Positions 1 to 10,769 of a stretch of 20,000 nt of DNA are shown piece after piece. Origin of the DNA: Coniocarpon cinnabarinum. Taxonomy: Eukaryota. A program made the translations under genes and the position numbers. The stretch is taken from the NCBI GenBank assembly GCA_051942205.1, contig JAVECO010000112.1, positions 56,796 to 76,795 on the forward strand. The letters are read 5' to 3'. The notes under the pieces are model-generated. The model was not told where the DNA came from and ran no database searches. It saw only the letters and a program-made list of their open reading frames with translations. Every line of letters begins with the position of its first letter. The first letter of the stretch is position 1.

Positions 1-589
1 TGGTCCATCCTTGCCCGAGAGCGCATCTTCACCTCGTACGTCAATAGTAGAGCTCGTGCTGCCAAGGACGGTACAAGATGCGCCTCACGCGAGCCCACGA
101 CGTGTTGGAAATCTCGCGTCTGTGTAGAAAGTGGGGCTGGAGAGTGGCGGGTGGCGGCTGCAGAATCAATTGCGGCGCCAGAGCCGCATGAAGGTGGTCA
201 ATGGCGCTGAGATTCCGAGGTCGTACGTCAAAGCAGACGCTACCACGTGGGTGAAGGCAATGAAGCTGGACAAGCAAGCGTCTCAACAAGCGCGCGCTGT
301 AACAGGAGAATGTCCCAGGAATGTCCCAGTCCCAGTAGGAGATTGATGAGCACGGACGACCGCGGCTCGGAGGTGCAGAGGGCTCTCGGGCAGCTTACGC
401 CGGCCGTCGAATTGTACGACCTGGCAGACGTGGAGGAGGCTGCGACTGAGCGGGAGTTTTAGAAGTACAGTATGCCGAGAGCTGGGCGGATCGGACGCTC
501 TTCTGCAGCAGACAAGACCGACAGCAAACTTCCAAGTCCATGCAAGGCTGCTGCTCCGCTTTCCCGCGTGTGTCCGACGCTTAGATCCT

Positions 590-615
590 GCTCCGCCCCG
601 CTCCGCCCCGCTCCG
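590..615. repeat. GC-rich 10-bp tandem GCTCCGCCCC x2.5 (possible GC-box promoter element)
   Basis: gctccgccccgctccgccccgctccg read directly; regulatory role is not established. Confidence 0.6.
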
Positions 616-1098
616 TGTTGATTCACGTGCTAATTCCCTCCATCTGGAGCTCCAAATATTTCAATTCACGGATCTGATTTGTTGATGGCGTTCTGATAAG
701 CCTCAGATATGTACCCTATTCTACTCCGACGAGCTCTAGCCGTGTTTCGCTCACAGGGTTCGGTCCAGATAAGTCACTGCATACCACCGCACCTGATGGC
801 TTCCAACCTGCTTGAGCAACTCGTGCATAAGATCCCATCGTAACACTTCAATCGGTGTTACATGACGGGAGATCTTGCTAAAGGTCCAGAGGTGACGACC
901 CACGTGACTGTAGGCTGCGTTGCCTTGCTTGGTGTTTTTCATCGCCTTCTCCGCTGCCTTTCGCGTTGCCTGGCCAGCTGTCTTTCAGCTGGATAGCCCA
1001 CGTCAGTTCCTTCTTCGCCCAGTAGATATTCAACTACGAACGAACATCCAGTACAACACGCTTGCATATCAGGAGCGTTTCCAACTCTCGGGGCCGTC

Positions 1099-1780
1099 AT
1101 GTATGTCCGCTTTGTGCCATGCGCATCCCAGGGTCCAATCTCTTGACTAAATCACAATAGGAATACCCTGACAGGCTGCATACCATGTTTAACTAGGGGC
1201 AAATCAAACAACATTAAGGGAAATCTAGAGCAACAGGCAGAGAGTGTCGTTGATGTTCTCGTAAATGCAGAGAAAACCGCGTCAATACCCAAAGCGAAAA
1301 TACAAGAACTTGTGGGGATCTCATCATGGACAGAGCGATTCGCGCAGACAGTGTTGCTGAAGGTATCTTTCCGCTGCGCATCCTTCGCCAATCCAGAAGC
1401 CATTACTAATTCGCAATGATCGAAGTTGCAGAGAGTACTGGCAGACGGCACATCTCTTAGTCAGGGAATGCGAGATGCTCTCGCAAAATCGTACGAGGCT
1501 GCGATCGATTTTGCAAAAGAGCATCCAGTCTTCGTCACTATTCTCGCACTTGGCGTGCTGGCTGTTTTGATGCCTTATATCGTCGAGCTGCTGGGCTTCG
1601 GCGAATTGGGCCCGATTGAAGGCAAGTTCGCAGTGTACACGTTGAATCATCAGGTTATCCTTATTGATACGAGGTCCAGGTACATTTGCGGCAGCATGGC
1701 AATCTCGATATGCCGGGTACGTGCCAAAGGGCTCCCTCTTCTCGCTTTTCCAGCGCCTTGGGATGGTCTGGCATCAATGA
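1099..1780 (+). CDS. Small IFI6/IFI27 (ISG12)-like membrane protein, ~166 aa; exons 1099-1100, 1161-1362, 1426-1621, 1680-1780
   Basis: Introns 1101-1160 (GTATGT, ACTAA branch, TAG), 1363-1425 (GTATCT, ACTAAT, AAG; in-frame alternative CAG at 1431) and 1622-1679 (GCAAGT..CAG) join into MNTLTGCIPC...WTERFAQTVLLKLQRVL...FAKEHPVFVTILALGVLAVLMPYIVELLGFGELGPIEGTFAAAWQSRYAGYVPKGSLFSLFQRLGMVWHQ*. The C-terminal LGFGxxGPxxGxxAAxWQSxYxGYVPxGSLFSxxQxLGM pattern is the ISG12-like motif seen in fungal proteins. Confidence 0.8.
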
Positions 1781-3194
1781 GCCCATGAGCTCACACAACC
1801 TAGGCTCTTGAATTACAATCAAGAACTAGTATCGATGGGGCCGTGATCAGCTGTGATCACGTGAGCGGGACTTAGGCGGCTTGACATTTGCATACCCCAC
1901 ATCTAGTCTCATCGCTAGTGCGAAGGCATCGATTGTGGATAGCACCAGCCGACTCAATGAGCCTGTAGCAAGTGTTTTGATGCTTCGCAAGAGTCAAGGA
2001 AGTGTGTTTCAAGCCCCTGCCAAAAGTACTTCACATTGCTACACGGCTAAGGTATATGCGGAACCAGTGGCAAGTGTTCCTTGCCCTAGCGGGCGGCCTT
2101 CCAGAGTTAGCTTAGCCTAGTCACGCCTCCGGGTCAGATATCGCATCATCCGGTCATGTAATCGGGAGACGTGTAAGATTTCGTTGCGATGCTCATGCTC
2201 AGTGTCTATTTTCACTGAATAGAAAAATCATTCACAGTCACATAGCTTGTTCAAAGTAGGTTCGCCGATGTAGGAGCCCGATGTCGATGTCGTCGAGCGC
2301 TAGATCTCTGTGATGAATGCTGGGTACGCATGCGCACGGCTTATGGTCACTATCTACCGCGGCACAACGGCGTGACGGTTTATCAGCGCCACTCGACCAA
2401 CCTGTATCTTATCCAATGATAAATTTCACAAACCGATGACAGACATACGCTACGAGCCGCACAACAGCGATCTGTCAGCGTCGGCCCGTACTGCCCCCAC
2501 ATGAGCTTTCGTGCAAGTCCCGGGTCTTCACGTAAAGAGTGACAGAGTATTACGCCTGACAAGACACACGCGTAAGCGACGCTACTCCTCAGAGACCTTG
2601 CAGAATAGTATGGTGCTACCTGTGGTGGACTCGGACTCTCCGCAAATTGAGTCATATCAAATCTTGGTTCAGTAACCCTAGAGAGCTTTCGCAGATCATG
2701 TATGCGGAGGCATATCTGAATGCTACAAATATTCTCGATCGCTGCTTCTAGATGTGTGGTCTCGAGCAAGGATTAGCCGATCACGACCGGCTTTCCCAGC
2801 GAATCCAATCAAATGTGTGCTCTCAGTCCCCACGCACACGGCACGATGATGTCTGCCGTCACATTTAGCTTGTTTTATGCAAGCTTGGGGCGACAGATCT
2901 GCATCAAGCCTCGAAAATGCCATTTTCGGCAGAGTACTGTAGCATCCGCAAATCATAACCCATGCCAACAGCTTACCGCGGCAGAGCGAACCTACCTCCC
3001 GCTTCCTGCGCTTCACGAGTAAGATGGCTTGCCACGCCCGGCTCATTCTATAATACCTGGCGGAGGGATCAGGGTAGAGCGACCGCCTTGCTTTTTGTTC
3101 TCAACGCTACCTGACCTCAAGCTCGCCCATCGTCACACTCACTTGGTAACTAAATCGTCCAGAGTCGTTGACTCTGCTAAGCGTTCTGCATGCA

Positions 3195-4755
3195 ATGTCT
3201 GAGCTTCGGGAAAGTCCTGTACAGACAGGGAAAGAGGCGCTGCAGCCTTTGTTCAATGTTTGTGTAGGATTTATGGTAGTGGTTAGTCACCTCACCAGCT
3301 CCCACTGGACCCTCGATAAACCTTACATCACCCAGCACACACTGACAAAAGGCTCAGGATACAGCATTCCTCCTTCTTCGCTTTTACACGGTCTTGTATC
3401 TGCGCCGGAAGCGACTAGCCCTCACGTGGGACGATTGGCTGCTCATTCCGGGTGAGTTCAGCTCATGCCTTGTTCTAAAGTCGAGTCTGAAACCATCGCG
3501 GGCTTGACTGAACTGTGGTTGTCCAATTTTAACGCTCGACAGCGTATCTCATCAACATGGGCATGCTGGCGAATGGTCTCACAATCCAGCAATTCGGAAT
3601 AAAAAATGGCTCTCTTGCGGGCGTTGCGATCACAAATCCAGCTCAAGCTGTTCCAATTTGGAAATGCCTCTTTGTTGTGACGCAGCTGAAAAATCCTTCT
3701 TTTGCCTTCACACGGTTCTCTCTACTGGCCCTTTTCCTTCGATTGTTCCGCAGCCGACTCATACGCTGGACTTGCTACTTCCTCATCGCGTTTGTCGTAG
3801 CTCAAACAATAGCGTACAACATTGCAGGCGTATTCCAGTGTATTCCTGTCAACTACTTCTGGACTCAAGGGTATAATGATGACAGAGACGGTTCATGCTT
3901 CGATTTCAATATGTGAGCTTCAATCTCCCGCGAATAGATTCTGAGAAGGATAAGTGCTTACGAACTGACTTCATAGGTTCTATCGGGCTTTAGTGCCTCC
4001 TGAAATATTTGTCGAGTAAGTAAAATCATCAACAATCTGTTCTCGTAGGAGGAACGTCGTCGCGTCGTCGTTTAATGACATGGCAAATGGCAGTGTCGTT
4101 CTTATCTTTTTGCCCCTTCCTGAAATATGGAAATTGAAGAGCTCGCAAGCTCGCAAGCTGGGACTGACGACCCTTTTCCTATCTGGATGCATTGCGTTGA
4201 TGAGCAATTGCGTCCGCTTGAGCTCGTATTGGCAACACACCATCAATGGGGTGAGTACAGCTTCAGCGCCCCGTTTGGCGACTTGGAGACCGCATTGTCA
4301 GTGAGCTGACGGTGCAAAATCAACAGGCGGTGCCGAGCGTGTTGAATGCTATTGTCAGCTGGTGCAATAGCGAAATGTCATGTTGCTTTATCGTCGCCTG
4401 CTTGCCCACCATGCATCCCCTCTTCCAGCGTGTGACTCCCTCTTGGCTACGCCAAGTGGTTCGCCGGCGATGGGCCGGGAAACACCTTCAAACGCGGTCC
4501 AAAGACGATCTTAGTTCATCATTAGCCTATCGCAGCAACAGCAGCAACGGCTTTCGTCGGCTTGTCGACGCCAATGCAGGCCTCACAAGTCCTGCATTCG
4601 GCCAGTCCCAGCGGTATGGGGCCGAGGCGACTGGCGTTCCAGACGCGGCGGAACTCGAACGGTTTGGTGCTATCAAGGGCGGCGATGGCGTCTTGGTCAA
4701 GACTGAAGTCATCGTCACACAAGAAGACTTGATCGAAGATGTGCTTGGCTTCTAA
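3195..4755 (+). CDS. Pth11/SAT4-like fungal rhodopsin-domain integral membrane protein (no CFEM domain), ~391 aa; exons 3195-3281, 3358-3451, 3543-3912, 3977-4015, 4094-4250, 4327-4755
   Basis: Five GT-AG introns, most with CTRAC-like branch sites; exons total 1176 nt (392 codons). Family motifs: LRFYT...WDDWLL, RFSLLALFLRLF, FQCIPVNYFW..GSC, DVVLIFLPLPEIWKL..RKLGL..LF..G, W..SE....IVACLPTMHPLF, then a hydrophilic C-tail. Confidence 0.9.
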
Positions 4756-4965
4756 AGGGCTTGCTGAAGTGTTCGCACCGTCGGCTGAAATTCCCCCTAC
4801 TGTGCCCAAGCTTGTCGCCCATCTCGCGACTCATCTCGTTGGCTGGAAAACCTGTTCAACGGCTAGCTATGAGTGCAGCAAGCCTTCTATTAATACACAA
4901 AGTTTCAGTCCTCCATCTCTTTCATCTTTCAAAATTCAGCAGCCCTCTCACGCAGCATCGACTAA

Positions 4966-6244
4966 CTAGGTGCAAAACCTCTTTCTTCCTTGACTACTGA
5001 AACAATCTTCAACGATAGTCGCCGCCGTCGCATTGTGCACGGAGAATGTCGGATGAAATTGGTTTGCCTGCATGGACACAGTGAGTAATGGTGACATGGC
5101 TTACAGCATTGCGCCGAATGTGTAAGGTAAACCTGATAAGACGTTTTTACCAATCACTTACCCAGAAATATTGATCCAACGGAGCGCTGCACTCCTTCTC
5201 GTCCATGAACCACGTTTCTTTGCCAGCAGGAATGAATGGATCATGATTAGGGGCTGCGTATGCTCTGCAGATGCCTGTTGTGTTGCTTAGATGCTGCGTG
5301 GCCTCCACTTCTTTGGAATGCTGTTCAAGCCAAAGAAAAAATTCGTAGACATCAAACACCCACGCATTGACATCCAGATGGCGGTCAGTCAAGTTGGCCC
5401 GAAGCCAATGAAGCTCCTGATTCCACTTCGCGACATCCGCGGTGAGCTGGGGCAGTCGAGCAGGGTTACCGTTGAGCACCATGAAATTTCGATCCACCGT
5501 GCCAACGTTGAGGAACAAGAAGCTGCGGACACCGGAACCATACAAACGCTCGACCAGCTGCGAGTACCGACGCACGTCCTCCGTCAAATTGAGGGTTTGA
5601 TGCCTGATATAAGGACCGACACAATCGTTCACACCAAAGCGAATGATAGCCAGGGTATTGAGTGGGCTCCAGTCCCCATTTGTGAGTCTCTCGGCATACA
5701 GCTTGGTGAAGGTGTTGATTTGATCTGAAAACGAAGGACTTCCGTACGGACTGCCCACAATGCGGTTGTCAATAGTAGCGCCACCCTTGGCAAAGTTGTA
5801 ATTGAGCACAAGAGAACGATTGTGCGCAATAGTGAGAAAGTCAGCCCAGTTCGGTCCAAGGAAGCGCTTCTTGGGGAAGGGAGGGTTGCCGAAAGGATTA
5901 GCGGCGGAAGGCTGCTCGAGCTTTGGGTCAAAGGCAGCGTCAGAGAGAGAGTCTCCGAAGGTGAGCAGTCGAGTCACGTCCGACCAGACAAAACCATGAG
6001 GATCGTCCGCAGGAGTAGAGGCATCTCCACTCGCAGGCCTGGCGTCATCTGGGCCAGCAGGAGCTGTGCTGCTCGAAAGCGTGGTGGACAGCCCTTGTCG
6101 AAGTGCTCCAATGTTTTCATGAGGGAGCTTGTAGTTGCGCAGGAGCAAGGTGGACAGACATAGGAAGAGCAGGAGGAAGAGAAAAGCATGGGTGAGGAAT
6201 GCAACAGAGAGCCCGGAGCGAGCGTTGGTCTGGGCTGGGTTCAT
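4966..6244 (-). CDS. SGNH/GDSL hydrolase, carbohydrate esterase family 16-like acetylesterase with N-terminal hydrophobic anchor, ~394 aa; exons 6244-5162, 5067-4966
   Basis: Block I TFGDSLS, GPNW, block II NFAKGGATID, block III FGVND. Intron 5161-5068 (GTAAGT..CAG) joins YFW to ANQFHPTFSVH (block V His). ATG at 6244 in GCCATG context; hydrophobic segment AFLTHAFLFLLLFLCLSTLLL. Confidence 0.88.
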
Positions 6245-6547
6245 GGCATCGTCGAAGAGGCCCGTACTCAACGATGGTCGAGCGAGACGGGGCGATGAGC
6301 TGGCAGAGACATGACGATGTGACAGGCCGCAGGAGAGGAAGTCGGCAGGTAGGAGAGAGGTGAGTAGGTAGGGTGCCGGAGGGGAGGAGAGGAGAGAAAG
6401 ATGGATGGAGAGAGATTGGGGGATGATTGAGAGCAGGCTGGCCTCGAGGTGCGTGATGCGTGTGTGGATATGTTGGAGGCCAGGAGAGAATCATACAGTC
6501 GACGTGCAGCCAATGGCGGTGGCGGAGCAGGAGCGTCGGTGACCCCT

Positions 6548-6571
6548 TGCTGCTGCTGCTGTTGCTGCTGC
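6548..6571. repeat. (TGC/CAG)8 microsatellite, one interruption
   Basis: tgctgctgctgctgttgctgctgc read directly. Confidence 0.85.
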
Positions 6572-8661
6572 CGCCTCTCCTTATCGACGACCGTTGAAAC
6601 GTTGAGGCCCTTCTCCGACGGTGTGCTGCTGTGCGACGCTCCTGATGCAGCGAGGCAGTGCTTGACCGCCGGACCTGCAGGGCCCCCAGCCGGCAAAAGA
6701 GGTGAGGCTGCTCCTGCGCCTAGCCGGACCTGCGTCTGAGCATGTCAGGTATTCGTTGAGCGATAGCATCAATACTCCCATGCTTGCATGCCGCCCGTCG
6801 CCGCGCAGACAATGCCGGCGACCTACCTTACCCACCTTACCGACCTGCCCATCGCCCACGCACACATCGCGTCCAGACCGTCCGCGATCCTTCGGGCTAG
6901 CGGTGCCGACGGGGATTCGGCCAACCTAGATTGCGAGACTGACCAGCTGTCTGCACGTGCCCTTGGCTGGGCATACCTACCTACCTATCGCGCTGGTGGT
7001 CACGCCCCTGTTGCAGCTTAGCTCGTTTGCCTGGGCTGCCGTTTACGGATCGCGGTCAGGATGAGCGCGCCCAAGGCGTCAGTGGTCTCTGCAACGGTAC
7101 GGAGTACCTGGGCCGAAGTCTCCTCGGCCAAGCCCCCAAACTCTCATTGCTGTAGCTGGCGCGCCCTCCCAGGCGGCACCTGGCTGTCACGCTCGCGCTC
7201 CCTTGATCCAACAGGCCTGCCGGCGGAGACGCGCCTGGCCCCAGGCCCAAGCAATACCTCATCTCATTTTGGTAGCATCCGATTCTCCGCGCGGTCCGGC
7301 CGGCAGTCAAGGACTAGGTGTGTTCATGGCCTTCTTTTGGTCATCTGATCACCAGCTCTGGCGTGCAGTGGCCTCGCCAATAGGCAACAATGGATGGACG
7401 CAGCGCACGTTAAACGCAGACTGCAACACGGCTGGCACGGCTTCTAGGTGACGAGATATTGGTTTAGTTGGGGCATTCCCTCGAAAGACAAGGGTTGTGT
7501 TGGGTATGGGAGGAGGGGATGCAGGGCACAGCGTCGGTTCTGTCTGTTTGACGAAAGGAACATTGGCTCAAATGTAAAGCCGCACGCGCACATGGAAAGC
7601 GCCATAGAGCCCCAAGTTACTCTGTACTTTATGTGTTGGCTAAATGCAATCACCGTCATTCTTGGCAGTCATAGCATAAAGGTCCAAGGCACCCACATTC
7701 TGTAGCCATGGTACCTAATCAAGACGACTGCACACTAATGACCCTTCTACGTAGAGTGGCCGCGCGCCCTCATAGGTCTGGATGTCTGTTTTACTTAGTT
7801 CCAGGCCACATCTTGGACATAGTCCATCTCTGCTACGATCATGGGCGCAGAAGCTCATCATAATTATCAAATGCCAAAGAACGGCAGTTTTTCCTACAAT
7901 AGCACTCAATCGTTCTTTTGTATAAGCTCCGGTTGTAAGTACCTTCGCCGAGATCGAAAGCCGGTGAAAAGTGTTTTGAAGGCGTTGTCGACCTGGAGCG
8001 CGCTACATGTTCGTCAATCAATGCAATTGCTGACGCGATATATTTCGACGTCCTCGTGCTTGTCTTCTAGTCGTGCCCCGCTCCAGTTGTGTCCTTCGGC
8101 AAGGTCGCCACTTCAACGTCTGCGCCCCATCAAAGGCGGAGCGTTCATATGCCTGTCTCCAACGCGCCAAAAACGGAGGGAATGCGTCGAGGGGCGTAGG
8201 TCCGCTATCCTGTAGCTTGTTTAGTAACTTTAGGCCGCGTTGAGAAAACCACTGAGCTAACTCTCCTACACTAGATATGACACGTTTTCTGATGTATACT
8301 CGAGCAGCGTATCTGTTTTTTTCTCAAAGTGTGAGGCAAAACTCACCATACTCATCTCTGGCAGAGTCTGCTCCTTGCAATAGGAGACGTGCTAAGGCAA
8401 GTAAGCCAATAGACCCATCTACATCTTTACGAAATATTACTTACCACGAAGGCCATACGTATAATGAGAGAAGACTCCAAGCGACAATGCTCACATATGT
8501 TATCGCAGCAACACTAGGCTACATATAGTAGCGCATTACCTATATCCTATGTGTGGCTGTCACCCCATTTGCAAAAGACCCGCGAAATGAAGTGGACAGC
8601 GTAAACTTATTGGAATGACTGCTTGTGAATTCGCAGGTATGGGGGCGAGGCGAGAGACTAT

Positions 8662-10457
8662 TTAAAGGTCCTCGGCCTTCCACTTTGAAGTCCACCAAAG
8701 GTGTGCAACACTTGCAAGTACAACGATGCCGAGACCGATAAGCGATAGCCACCTGAGAGCTGTATGCGAGGCCCACATGAGCACAGCCGCATCACGCACC
8801 AGATGCCCACTTCCTACCAAGACTTGCTCCACGCCACCAAATTCGACTTGGGGCGCGACGATGAGAAGTTGTGTCAGCTGTAGTACAGACAGATTAAACA
8901 CGGACCAGCCCAGTAAAGAAATGGAGAGGAAGCTGAAGAACAAGATCGAAGTCAAGGTAGATGTTATAGAATTGGAAATTGAGATCATTGCTGCCACGGA
9001 GTTCGTCTCGTCTTGAGTTGCCAGACAAAATGACGCAACCACAGTCAATATGACGGCAATCAAGCAGACGACATTAGCCAATCTAGAGAGCTCAATGGGA
9101 TTCTTCGCAAATTTTGACTTTTCGCGTTTTCGCTCCAGAATGGAATTGAGATCATCTTCTTTGTCACGGTTGTTACTCGTAATTTCATTCGAGGCAATGA
9201 TCGGGCTTGCATTTTCGTCGTTGTCGTTGCCCTCAGTTCCCATTTGTAGCATCTGGTATGATTGATGCTCCGCGGCCGAAAAATTTGTAGACTTCTTCGC
9301 AAGCCACCAAATACCAAATGCAAATGCAAATACTCCCATGAACTCGCAGAAACAAGCAAAGTAGCTTCCTCCTAGGAGCCATCGCGTCATGAGAGCCTCT
9401 TTGAAGGCGCGTAAAGGTGGCTTCAAGGACCAGAAGAGTACCGAGCTGCTTGTAAGGGCTGCACAGACCGAAGGCACCCAGACACCCGTGTTGAAGAAGC
9501 GCTGAAAGCCCTTGATATTACTCAACCAGACAAAACTAACCACCTTCGTCATGGACCCAAGCGGTCTTGTCGAAGCATTAGTCCCATGCTTTCCTGTGCA
9601 TTGCAGGCCCAGTCCGGGCTGATGTTGCTTGGGAAGCTCCATGTTGGTTTTATTGGCCGATCGCCTTGTGAGAGCTTTTCTTGCACACCATACCTCCACC
9701 GCCATACACGGTGAGACCGCCACGCCAATTACAAGGGAAGCCAGGGTTGGTCCGCAAGCTTGAACCAGCGACGACGTCGCCAGCGGGGCGAAGAGACTGC
9801 ACACAACCTCTATTCCCCTGATCACTGTATTTAAAGTCGTGAGCTCAGAAACGACAGGCACGATGCTTCTGTGCAATCTTCTTGATGCCTGCTCGAGACC
9901 TGCATGGTCTGATAATGCGGGAATCCAGTCTCGTTCGACACAGAGCATGTTTGCAATTTGGGACAACTTTGCCACAGCACCGAGCCCCACTAGAGCGATC
10001 CAAGTCATCCATGCGTATCCGGTTCTTGATGGGAGAAGCAACAATGGCCAAAGAATGCAGGATACGACGAAGGCAGCCCTGTTCAACACAATTGCGCACA
10101 GAAGAGGATGCAATCGCGATGTGCATACAGCAATCCATTGAGATATAGGAATGATGAAGGGCAGGATGCAGACGATTTCCACGAGGGTGATGAGTTGAAA
10201 TGTCGAGTCAGCAGCATCGGCGTAGGCTGCCTGGAGGAAACATAACTACAGACGCAAGTCAGCTGGTGTCAAGAAAGCCACTGCAGGTTGGTCAGATGTC
10301 TCACAGCTGCTGCATCAAAGACACGGAAGCCCCAGACAGAAACAAAATGTGACAAATAAAAGCACCAGGCTCGTCCGCTCCTCAGATCGTTGTTCTCGAC
10401 ATTGATAGCTTGAACGTGTTTGTTTATGAATGGCTGAAGCAGTTCCTGCTCATGCAT
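8662..10457 (-). CDS. Divergent ferroportin (SLC40/FPN1)-like MFS-fold transporter, ~578 aa; exons 10457-10305, 10245-8662
   Basis: Exon 1 FYLSHFVSVWGFRVFD resembles ferroportin TM1 (LYLGHSLSTWGDRMWHF). Intron 10304-10246 (GTGAGA, GCTGAC, TAG) is in frame. VERDWIP (TM4), LNTVIRGIEVVCSLFAP (TM5), LGWSVFNLSVLQLTQ (TM10) and FGGVEQ (TM11) follow in ferroportin order, with many hydrophobic segments. Additional in-frame introns cannot be excluded. Confidence 0.8.
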
Positions 10458-10769
10458 TGTTGAAGATGAAAGAAATATGAAGTTCTGGCCATCTCTTAAG
10501 TAGCAGTGTGGGCAACGTCAGCGCACGCTGCTGTTGGCAGCGTATTATTGCTCTGCTTTGCATAATACCGAGGACGCAGGAGCATTGTTTGAAGCCAGAG
10601 CCTGGCCATGTAGTCCTGTCGTTCTTCTCCTAATTGAGTAATATTATTCTACTGCTATTACGTAGGTACAAATTCAGCCTTACAAGATATTTGCACACCG
10701 GACGGAACGGAATTCCCCCCCTGCACGTTAGTGGCGTCGACGCTTATAACAAATAGGAAGGCGGTATTA

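Noticed and set aside
1..545. Short ORFs on both strands (41-289 -, 131-346 +, 247-462 +) and minus-strand splice-like signals (GTAAGC ~398, TTACAG ~300)
   Set aside because: May be the end of a neighbouring gene, but there is no recognisable protein and no single convincing model.
1881..3046. Several 70-130 aa ORFs between the ISG12-like and Pth11-like genes
   Set aside because: No motifs, many non-ATG starts, composition typical of random intergenic ORFs.
5291..6204. Overlapping antisense and alternative-frame ORFs within the esterase
   Set aside because: Shadow ORFs of a GC-rich CDS.
6268..6739. PolyQ ORF (-) and polyC ORF (+)
   Set aside because: Explained by the CAG microsatellite and low-complexity DNA; the minus ORF has a TTG start directly after an in-frame stop.
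7056..8528. Small ORFs as candidate secreted effectors
   Set aside because: No clear signal peptide, conserved Cys pattern or consistent splice model.
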